From: a virus
Lineage: Duplodnaviria; Caudoviricetes
Length of the DNA: 62,859 bases
Strand: one strand, 5' to 3'
Virus record (IMG/VR): IMGVR_UViG_3300012665_000949
Location: 1 to 62,859 of that record
Shown here: positions 54,747 through 62,859 of the stretch, in pieces
How the letters are laid out: each line of letters opens with the position of its first letter
Numbering within the stretch: the first letter of the stretch is position 1
The notes under the pieces: model-generated
Seen by the model: the letters and a program-made list of their open reading frames with translations, nothing else
The model's database searches: none
Told to the model about the DNA's origin: nothing
Made by a program: the position numbers and the translations under genes

Positions 54747-55223
54747 TTACGACGGTAGCTGAGTCCAGCCGGGGGACTGCACATCGTTGATAACAGTCCA
54801 ACCGCTACCTTGAGCGTTGACTATATTTTGCCAGTTTGGGTTCTGGCTGTCGTCAATTACCGCCCAGACCAACACCCCGCCAATGTTAATGTAGAGCTGC
54901 ACGCCCGTAGGCCGCACATTGGTTGTCTTAATTATTCCCAGAGTACTGAGAGCACTGACAACTTCTGAGATTGACGCATTTGCACTGACTTGAGTTACTT
55001 GGGTTGCTGTGCCAGTAGCGCTCTCTGCAAGGGCTACGGAAATTAACAGGCCACGATTAGAGGAATCTGATCCTGTTGCCGTCTCGTCCAGCAGCCCACC
55101 ACGGGTAACACTCGGAGTATTAAGTAGCGCCACCGCTGTGGCGGATTCCGAAACGGAGGCGGAAAACGTATTCTCGCCTAAAGAGGCGAAGGGTGCTTGG
55201 GCAAAAGTAACATCACCAAACAC
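54747..55223 (-). CDS. Tail-associated protein
   Basis: S/T/A-rich; W..I.. repeats at the C-terminus. Confidence 0.6.
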   Translation of the reverse strand: MFGDVTFAQAPFASLGENTFSASVSESATAVALLNTPSVTRGGLLDETATGSDSSNRGLLISVALAESATGTATQVTQVSANASISEVVSALSTLGIIKTTNVRPTGVQLYINIGGVLVWAVIDDSQNPNWQNIVNAQGSGWTVINDVQSPGWTQLPS

Positions 55224-55234
55224 CGCACATCCTA

Positions 55235-55813
55235 TTAGGCTGCGTCAAGCGAGAAGCTGTAAGTGACGTTCAGCGTGTCGCCGTTGTCCACAGTTTTGTC
55301 GCCGCCAGTAAAATCACCCGCCGAGAACAAGATGCCGGACGTGCCCGTAGCCACGCTGGCCAACAATGCGCCAGCAACCACAGTACCGTTCACCAGCATG
55401 GCAAACGAAGAAGGTGCTGCAGAGTTGGAGATCACCGATGGGTCAGCCGTGGTGGCTGTACCAAATGTCACCGCCTTGCGGTTGCCGGTGTAAGCCGTAC
55501 CGGGCACCAGCTCCGTCCAGCCTGCATGCGAGGCCAGAGTATCACCAGCGGCAAATGTTGTGCCGGAGCCGGGACCCTGAACCAAACCCAAGAACCAAGC
55601 AGACGTGTAGCCAGAAGCAGCAAAGTACTTGCTGTTCATGTCCTGCAAGCCTTGATTGACCACGAGGTTGTGAAAAGTGTCAGACCACTTCTCTTGGCCG
55701 TCTGCGCCCACGCAAGTAACGGTAAACACGCCGCCAGCGCCAATACGTTCAGTTCCTGCGCGTTGAGTGATCAAGCCCGCTGTAACGCTGTCTGCGGCTT
55801 TGCTGTGTTCCAT
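55235..55813 (-). CDS. Virion structural protein
   Basis: Beta-rich; NLVVNQG...GDTLNVTYS. Confidence 0.65.
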   Translation of the reverse strand: MEHSKAADSVTAGLITQRAGTERIGAGGVFTVTCVGADGQEKWSDTFHNLVVNQGLQDMNSKYFAASGYTSAWFLGLVQGPGSGTTFAAGDTLASHAGWTELVPGTAYTGNRKAVTFGTATTADPSVISNSAAPSSFAMLVNGTVVAGALLASVATGTSGILFSAGDFTGGDKTVDNGDTLNVTYSFSLDAA

Positions 55814-55822
55814 GATGCGTCC

Positions 55823-56269
55823 TTACGAGATGCGCACGATAGCGCTATTGGCATCGGCAGTTGGGAAAATGACTTGGAAGGTGTCGTTGTTCACGGTTTT
55901 GTCTGTGCCAAAATCCAACACAGCTACGGACTTGTTGCCCTCGGTGCTGTTGTAGATCAATGCTGCGCGAGCCGTGAATGTGGCGCTTGTCCAAGATGTG
56001 TTGGCAAAGCTGAAGAAAGCCGTAGGCGTACCCGCAAAGTTGTTGGCTGCTACGGGAGTGACCGTGATAACCAGTGTGTTGCCGCCAGCCGTGTAGCCAG
56101 AACCCACAACTTCGCCCGTAGCCGTATAGGCAGCAGTGGCGTAGCCAAGGTCGGCAGCCGCCGTGTACAGCGCGATCTTGAACGTATCGGGCGATGTGGG
56201 GCCAAAGTTGTGGATGCCTTGCGGCAGCTCCACCTTGAACGATGTGGTTGCGGTTTGTAAAATTGCCAT
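55823..56269 (-). CDS. Virion structural protein
   Basis: TSFKVEL...FKIALYT...GYTAGG...AVLDFG. Confidence 0.65.
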   Translation of the reverse strand: MAILQTATTSFKVELPQGIHNFGPTSPDTFKIALYTAAADLGYATAAYTATGEVVGSGYTAGGNTLVITVTPVAANNFAGTPTAFFSFANTSWTSATFTARAALIYNSTEGNKSVAVLDFGTDKTVNNDTFQVIFPTADANSAIVRIS

Positions 56270-56270
56270 G

Positions 56271-56930
56271 TCAGGTTACCTGTATTCTTACCTGCCCGGA
56301 GCGATATGCGTCCTGACGTTCCAAACCATCCCCCAGACGCTTGGCCAAAGCCATGGCTTCTTTGAACTTGCCGTCGTAAACTTGCATCAAGTCCTGCTCA
56401 CCCTTCATGTAGGTGTACGCCTCGACCAGCGAACCGTAAAGCAGCACGCTGTCAAAGTTGTCGCCCAGCCACGAAGTACCCGCGTCAACAATCGACGGTG
56501 GGTAAAAGAAGTAGTGCAGCTCAACCACATACGTGGCGTTCGGTGTGGGGCCCAAGATGAAAGTCAGCTCGTTGATGTCGTTGGACTGCGGGCCGAACAA
56601 CGCGTAGTACTTGGGGAAACCAACGCTGGAGGGGACGGGGTATGCCTGCCGGATGAAGTTCACATCCTTGTTGAGCAGGTACTCGTACGCCCCCGTGGCG
56701 TTGTCCACCACCGCCATTGAATACACCGACAGGAAGTCAGACGGGCAGGCCAAGTACTTGTTGGCGCTGGTAGTCGAACCCGTCACGTTTTTGCGGAGCG
56801 AAGGGAACTGCACCATGTTGAAGATGCGCTGCTCAGCCTGCTTCACAAACACCGGAATCTCCACCTCAAAGGCAGTGTCTTGGTTGTCTGTGTAGGCGAT
56901 GATCGCCGCCTTCAACTCGGTGTAGTTCAT
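56271..56930 (-). CDS. Probable head-tail adaptor/neck protein
   Basis: MNYTELKAAI...AEQRI...GPTP...LLYGSLVEA. Confidence 0.65.
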   Translation of the reverse strand: MNYTELKAAIIAYTDNQDTAFEVEIPVFVKQAEQRIFNMVQFPSLRKNVTGSTTSANKYLACPSDFLSVYSMAVVDNATGAYEYLLNKDVNFIRQAYPVPSSVGFPKYYALFGPQSNDINELTFILGPTPNATYVVELHYFFYPPSIVDAGTSWLGDNFDSVLLYGSLVEAYTYMKGEQDLMQVYDGKFKEAMALAKRLGDGLERQDAYRSGQVRIQVT

Positions 56931-56937
56931 TCAGACC

Positions 56938-57141
56938 TCACGCCATCGGGCCACGAGCCATCACGCCCTTAGTGGCGCAGCCAGTGCCACGGATTTTGAT
57001 GCCCGAGGTTTTGGTTGGCTTGTAGTCGTTGCTGTGATTGGTGCCAACAGAGACGTTCATGTCACGCATGTACTTCTTGTTGTCAGTGTCAGGCAAAACG
57101 GCCTGCGTAGCAGCAGGCTTGGGGGAGCGGTACGTTGCCAT
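56938..57141 (-). CDS. Small basic protein
   Basis: C-terminal RGTGCATKGVMARGPMA. Confidence 0.65.
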   Translation of the reverse strand: MATYRSPKPAATQAVLPDTDNKKYMRDMNVSVGTNHSNDYKPTKTSGIKIRGTGCATKGVMARGPMA

Positions 57142-57142
57142 A

Positions 57143-57337
57143 TCAAGCCCCTTTGCGGCCGGGGGACTTCTGGTTGGCCACTTTGGCCAAACCACGACCC
57201 ATCTTCAGCATGTCGCTGTTGGTTTTGCCGCCAGCGCGAAGTTTGGTCATCGGCTTGCCGGGGTGCAAGGCTTTCTCGTGCTTGTGCACTGCGCCAGCGA
57301 CCATCTTCTTGTCCTGCTTCAAATCTTGCTTGTCCAT
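57143..57337 (-). CDS. Small basic protein
   Basis: AGGAG RBS; LRAGG motif. Confidence 0.65.
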   Translation of the reverse strand: MDKQDLKQDKKMVAGAVHKHEKALHPGKPMTKLRAGGKTNSDMLKMGRGLAKVANQKSPGRKGA

Positions 57338-57338
57338 G

Positions 57339-57731
57339 TCAGACTCCTATCTGTACCGTTACTGTACCAACTTCCACGCTCAACGCCAAGTAATTTGGCG
57401 TCAATGCGTCATCAAAGAACCGGGACCCGCCAACCGGGTTCCAGCCCCACTGAATATCTCTCGACCCGCCGGTCAGGTTGCCCGCTGCGTTTGGCCCGGC
57501 CGTCACGTACGTCGTGTCATTGCGTGGGTTGCGCACCGCTTGTGGGTCATCCACAGGATACATACCCAACTGCAACTGCGGCTGATCGGGGTCCCAGCAC
57601 GAATCGCAGACCAAGAGATTGTACGTCTTGGTCTTGATCACCTCTTTGCGCAAGGAGGTCAGCTTAAAGCGAAACCCACAACGATCGCACTGGGCGATCG
57701 AATTCTTGCCGGACGCAAAGCGATTGCCCAT
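57339..57731 (-). CDS. CxxC-containing virion-module protein
   Basis: CDRCG...VCDSCWD..QPQL. Confidence 0.7.
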   Translation of the reverse strand: MGNRFASGKNSIAQCDRCGFRFKLTSLRKEVIKTKTYNLLVCDSCWDPDQPQLQLGMYPVDDPQAVRNPRNDTTYVTAGPNAAGNLTGGSRDIQWGWNPVGGSRFFDDALTPNYLALSVEVGTVTVQIGV

Positions 57732-58430
57732 TTACGTGCCGCTTCCAATGAACATTTGCCGGGGCACAAATCGTACCGCCGCCTTTTCGCGGTCCTCTTC
57801 GGAGGCAAGCGCCCACGCTTCATCGTACTGCTGCTTCAGGATAGGCAGGCGCTCAGCACCGCTGGGCACCTTCAGGGCCAAATAATAGGACAAACCTGCC
57901 ACCATGCAGGGCAGGAAACGGAACGGCATATCCATCGTGTTGACGCCGTTGCCCGCGTCTTGGATGCGGCGCAGCCGCCAATACACAAACACGTAGGGCT
58001 GCGAGTTGTCTGGGGTTGGCCAAACCGTGAATCTTGGGGTGTTCAGGCGCTCAATCCAGACTTGAATTGGCCGGGCTTGCTGCAGTTTGTTGGGAATCGT
58101 AGCGTAGGTAGAAACACTGATACGCGTGATGGTCAGGTCTGCCTGTGTTGACGCACTGCCCGCACCCGTGCGGATCACATGTTCCAGCAAGTCCACGGTG
58201 TCTTCGGGCAAGTTGTATGTGGCTTGGCCGGGCACCAGATTGATGGAGCCCTGCTCGAACGTCCACATGTTGATGCCCCGGTTGGCCCAGTCGGCAAACA
58301 TCAGGTTCAAAGACCGGCGGGCGGTCTTCAGGTCGTAGCCCGTGCGCAACTCCGAACCCACGCGCTCGAACGCCTCCTCAACGATTTCTGTTAAATCGAG
58401 GTTGAACGATGATGTGCCGGAAGTTGCCAT
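57732..58430 (-). CDS. Probable head-tail connector protein
   Basis: EEAFER.G...ARRSLNLMFADWANRGIN.W...WPTPD. Confidence 0.65.
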   Translation of the reverse strand: MATSGTSSFNLDLTEIVEEAFERVGSELRTGYDLKTARRSLNLMFADWANRGINMWTFEQGSINLVPGQATYNLPEDTVDLLEHVIRTGAGSASTQADLTITRISVSTYATIPNKLQQARPIQVWIERLNTPRFTVWPTPDNSQPYVFVYWRLRRIQDAGNGVNTMDMPFRFLPCMVAGLSYYLALKVPSGAERLPILKQQYDEAWALASEEDREKAAVRFVPRQMFIGSGT

Positions 58431-59435
<1,005 letters not shown>

Positions 59436-59452
59436 TTCAACACCTCACTTGG

Positions 59453-59685
59453 TTATCTGTACTTTGCAGTTTTTTCTGCAATAGCTTTGGGTTGTTTTAC
59501 AAACTGCTTACCCCCGGCTTTACCCGCACGCTTGGCTTTTGTGGTAGCCGCATACTCTGCAGGGCTGAGTGATTTTATCGCCTTCTCTGGCAAATAGCGC
59601 TCCCCCGTTTTGGAAGACGGTTTTCCACTCTTGGTGCGCCACTTCTGGTCGCCCCAGTCTTTGAGGGATTGCTGGGGCGCTTTCA

Positions 59686-59686
<1 letters not shown>
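59453..59686 (-). CDS. Small basic protein
   Basis: QQSLKDWGDQKWRTKSG...GERYLP. Confidence 0.7.
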
Positions 59687-60039
<353 letters not shown>

Positions 60040-60052
60040 AACAGTTCTCCGT

Positions 60053-60328
60053 TCAATCTCGGTAACCGCCGCCAGCGGCCTTGTACTTCTTGGCCACAAG
60101 CTGGGCCTTGCGGGCTGACCACTGGCCTGCCCCGGTGCCCTGCGTTGCCGCAGCTTTGACTTGGCTCACGATACGCTTGCGCAGACTGGGCTTGGTGTAA
60201 TTGCCAGCCGCATTGACTTTGCCGCCTTCAGCGTACTGCGTGAAGTCGGTGTCATCCCGGCGAGCGGTGCGCTTACCTTTGGGCATTTTGGAGGGGGAGA
60301 TGTCCCCCATCCCGCGACTGGCCATCAT
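60053..60328 (-). CDS. Small basic protein
   Basis: YAEGG...NYTKPSLR...GQWSARKAQ...YKAAGGGY. Confidence 0.7.
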   Translation of the reverse strand: MMASRGMGDISPSKMPKGKRTARRDDTDFTQYAEGGKVNAAGNYTKPSLRKRIVSQVKAAATQGTGAGQWSARKAQLVAKKYKAAGGGYRD

Positions 60329-60329
60329 G

Positions 60330-60677
60330 TCAGCAGGTCCTGCCGCCAGACTTCATGGTGACCATCTTGCCTTTGGTCTTGCCCTTGACGGCAATACCGT
60401 CTTTGCTTGGAGCTGCTGTCTTGACAGAGCCCATTTTGGTCATGCCGCCCATAGCCATTTTCTTGGCGGGAGCGTCTTTTTTCTTGGCCATCATTGCCAT
60501 GAAGCCTGCATTCATTTTGGAAGCCATAGTGTCACCACCTTCTTTAAATTTGCGGTTCTTGTCCGCGTTGGAGAACTCTTTGCCCACGGATTGTGGGACG
60601 CCTGCCTTCTTGGCAAAGGCTGGGTTATTAGCCACAGCCGCCATAAAGTTGTGCTGCTTTTTACTCGTGCTGGGCAT
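60330..60677 (-). CDS. Small basic protein
   Basis: MPSTSKKQHNFMAA...FKEGG...DGIAVKGKTKG. Confidence 0.7.
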   Translation of the reverse strand: MPSTSKKQHNFMAAVANNPAFAKKAGVPQSVGKEFSNADKNRKFKEGGDTMASKMNAGFMAMMAKKKDAPAKKMAMGGMTKMGSVKTAAPSKDGIAVKGKTKGKMVTMKSGGRTC

Positions 60678-60906
60678 TGCTGCCTCGCAGGTTGTCGATC
60701 TTACGCTCAAGCCGGTCAAACCGGTCCATCAACTGCTGCATGTCGGCCCGGAACTCCGAGCGCGTGATGTGATCCCTTGCCACCTCTTCACGGGTGCGGT
60801 TGAGCAGAATGCCAAGACGGTTGATCTCGGCAAACTTCTCTTTCAGGATGAACCCCATCATGGCCACAATTGCGGTGAGCACGAGGTTCCAGACCATCAT
60901 TTCCAT
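60661..60906 (-). CDS. Membrane-anchored coiled-coil protein
   Basis: N-terminal TM segment, LLNRTREE...RLERKID. Confidence 0.7.
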   Translation of the reverse strand: MEMMVWNLVLTAIVAMMGFILKEKFAEINRLGILLNRTREEVARDHITRSEFRADMQQLMDRFDRLERKIDNLRGSNAQHE

Positions 60907-60907
60907 G

Positions 60908-61162
60908 TCAGCACTTCCACGCCCGCAGGCTCTTGTTGATCCGCGAGTCGGGGTCTTTGGCCGTCTTCTCGCTGGTCAGCTTTTTCTTCATGCCCTCCAT
61001 TCGGGCGCAGAAAGAGTCGCGGCGTTTGCCGCCCTCGGGCTGGGGAGCCTTCAGGCCGGGCTTGCCGGGGTTCGCCTTGTTGTAAGACGCCCGCCCCTTG
61101 GCATTCAAGCCACCCTTGTCGGACTTCCCCTCTTTGCGTGTCCATGCTGGTGACTTAGCCAT
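60908..61162 (-). CDS. Small basic protein
   Basis: MAKSPAWTRKEGK..GGLN.KGR...SFCARM...W.C. Confidence 0.75.
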   Translation of the reverse strand: MAKSPAWTRKEGKSDKGGLNAKGRASYNKANPGKPGLKAPQPEGGKRRDSFCARMEGMKKKLTSEKTAKDPDSRINKSLRAWKC

Positions 61163-61436
61163 AGAAAATCGTGACTTTTGCAGTTGCGGGCAGCGTGACG
61201 TGTATGTCTGTTGTAAACAGAATACCTTGGCCGGGAATAGGCAAGCCGATCGGCTGTGTTCCCGTTCCGATGTTGAAGCGCAAGCGGATAGTACCGCTGG
61301 CACCGCCGTCACGGAAAATAATATCCCCGGCTGTTCCGCCAGAAATGCACTGGTAGCCTCGAAGACGTGTTCGCGCAGAAACTAGTGTGCCCGTAGCTTC
61401 GGTGTGTGCCGATAGGACGTCGGTTTGCATCGTCAT
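61155..61436 (-). CDS. Small beta-rich virion-module protein
   Basis: AAGGAG RBS; IPGQGILF...VTIFYG. Confidence 0.7.
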   Translation of the reverse strand: MTMQTDVLSAHTEATGTLVSARTRLRGYQCISGGTAGDIIFRDGGASGTIRLRFNIGTGTQPIGLPIPGQGILFTTDIHVTLPATAKVTIFYG

Positions 61437-61450
61437 AATCAAACTCCTTT

Positions 61451-61473
61451 AAAAACCGGGGCCGAAGCCCCAG
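61451..61473 (-). terminator. Intrinsic terminator with UUCG loop
   Basis: Minus strand GGGGC-TTCG-GCCCC followed by GGTTTTT. Confidence 0.75.
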
Positions 61474-61480
61474 AGGTTGA

Positions 61481-61882
61481 TTACGCTGCAACAGCACCGT
61501 TCAAAGCAACGATGGCCCAGCCAGCAGCGGTGTACACCAACATGGCCGACTCGCCAACGCCAGTGAAAGTGATGGTCGTAAAACCAATCTTTGTGGTGGG
61601 TGTCAAAACAGCGGAGCCGCCATCAACCACATGGGTGATGATCTTGACTTCGCCTACCGAACCGTTGGCCAATGTCAGGGCTTGTGTAGCGCCGGTGGTG
61701 GTCAAGGCAGTGAATGCGTTGGTGATGTCAACTGCGCCTGCGCCCGACAGAGACTGGGTCGCCAGCACAACGTCAGAGCCAAACGAGGAGTTTACGGTAA
61801 CAGCGCCGGTGGTGGCGTTGACGGTGATAGATTGAAAGCCGTTCTGCGAACGAACTGGGCCGTTGAAGGTCGTATTAGCCAT
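61481..61882 (-). CDS. Probable capsid-associated/head fibre protein
   Basis: MANTTFNGPVRS.NGF start, beta-rich, directly after the capsid gene. Confidence 0.6.
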   Translation of the reverse strand: MANTTFNGPVRSQNGFQSITVNATTGAVTVNSSFGSDVVLATQSLSGAGAVDITNAFTALTTTGATQALTLANGSVGEVKIITHVVDGGSAVLTPTTKIGFTTITFTGVGESAMLVYTAAGWAIVALNGAVAA

Positions 61883-61978
61883 GATGATTCCTCATGCGGT
61901 TGAGGCGTATCTGTCTGCATGACGTCGGCCCGGAGCCGTCAGATACACCGGAAAGTCCGGGGTTGGGGCAATATACAC

Positions 61979-62010
61979 CAAAAGAAAAAGGGGCACAAGG
62001 CCCCTTTTTC
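61979..62010 (-). terminator. Intrinsic terminator after the major capsid gene
   Basis: Minus strand AAAAAGGGGC-CTTGT-GCCCCTTTTTCTTTT. Confidence 0.85.
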
Positions 62011-62017
62011 GCTTCTA

Positions 62018-62859
62018 TCAGGACGAACCCGAAGAACCCCACATACCCAATGGGTCAGACCAGCCGAACGAATAACGCTCGCGGGCCTTGTAACGGACGT
62101 TGCCGGTATCGAAATCACCGTCCATGGAAGTGGACAGAGCGGTACGCTCGAAGTGCTTCAGGCCGTTTGGAACGTCTGTGGTCAGGAACCAAGCGTTGTT
62201 GTCGGTCAAGAAGTTGTTGACGGTGTAGCCACCAGAGATCGTGCCCATTTGCTTCAACGCGTTGATGTCGTTGTCAGCAGTGCCAACACGCAGTTCGGTG
62301 TCCAGCAAACGCTTGGCAACGAACATCAGTGATGGAGGGATGATCAGCTTGACTGGTTTGGCAGCGATCAACAGACCACGTTCATCAGTCCAAGCAGCGA
62401 TCTGGATGGTAGCGTTTTCCAACGATGTCTCGTTCAAGTCAACGCCAGTGGTTGGGCTGTTGTAGTTCACACCACCGCCAACCAAAGGATGACCAACGCG
62501 AGTGCCGCTGGAGTTGTTACCGAACAAAGACACGCCGTCGCCGCCGAGAGCGGTGCCAGCAAAGCCAGTGTTCAACACCGAAGCAGCTTTGACCTGCTTG
62601 GTGTAGGCCATACCGCGAGCCAGAGCCTTGGTGTAGCGGGCAGACAGACTGTCGTACAGGTTGTCTTCCACAGCTTCTTCCGTGATGGAGAAGCCCAAAG
62701 CAATGGTTTCGTGGGTGTAGCGAGCAGTGAAGGCTTCCTGCGCGTTGTCGTAAGCGATGGCGGAGCCTTCGTTCTTGACAGGAGCAGCGCCAAAACCGGA
62801 CAGCTTGGTCTCTTCTTCAAAGCTACGCTCAGATTTCTCTGTTTCGTAGATTTCTTTGT
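62018..62859 (-). CDS. Major capsid protein, C-terminal part (Mu gpT-like HK97 fold; start at 145)
   Basis: GFSITEEAVEDNLY...DERGLLIA..P.KLIIPP...DFDTGNVRYKARERYSFGWSDP. Confidence 0.9.
   Translation of the reverse strand, partial: KEIYETEKSERSFEEETKLSGFGAAPVKNEGSAIAYDNAQEAFTARYTHETIALGFSITEEAVEDNLYDSLSARYTKALARGMAYTKQVKAASVLNTGFAGTALGGDGVSLFGNNSSGTRVGHPLVGGGVNYNSPTTGVDLNETSLENATIQIAAWTDERGLLIAAKPVKLIIPPSLMFVAKRLLDTELRVGTADNDINALKQMGTISGGYTVNNFLTDNNAWFLTTDVPNGLKHFERTALSTSMDGDFDTGNVRYKARERYSFGWSDPLGMWGSSGSS

Noticed and set aside
62806-62859. Biological terminal repeat or att site
   Set aside because: It lies inside the capsid CDS and its length fits an assembler k-mer overlap

Overview
This window is an apparently complete, circularly permuted dsDNA tailed-phage genome of about 62.8 kb. 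Bases 1-54 are identical to 62806-62859, and the major capsid gene reads in frame across that join. The minus strand carries packaging and virion genes: terminase, portal, GroES, scaffold, capsid, neck, several fibres, lysis genes and large ejection proteins including a 3216-aa giant. This looks podovirus-like, since no tape measure, tube or sheath gene was recognised. The plus strand (about 7990-27985) carries early and replication genes: many small ORFs, an M20/M28-like peptidase, a DNA polymerase A with Leu at the 762-equivalent position, exonuclease, HNH, SNF2-type helicase, SSB-like protein and primase-helicase. No integrase, RNA polymerase, canonical tRNA or CRISPR array was seen. The most striking non-coding feature is a promoter-to-terminator unit of about 90 nt (about 7610-7703). 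Its single-stranded core is the exact reverse complement of an extended Shine-Dalgarno motif (CCAAGGAGAAAGCA) found in front of many plus-strand genes, making it a candidate phage anti-RBS small RNA. Other notable items are two families of palindromic operator-like sites, a ~90-bp inverted repeat around an AT-rich core, a T4-holin-T-like GAF protein, a prion-like G/M/Q/F protein, and a recurring hydrophobic-x-x-G-G motif in late proteins. All family names come from motif recognition by eye; no searches were run.
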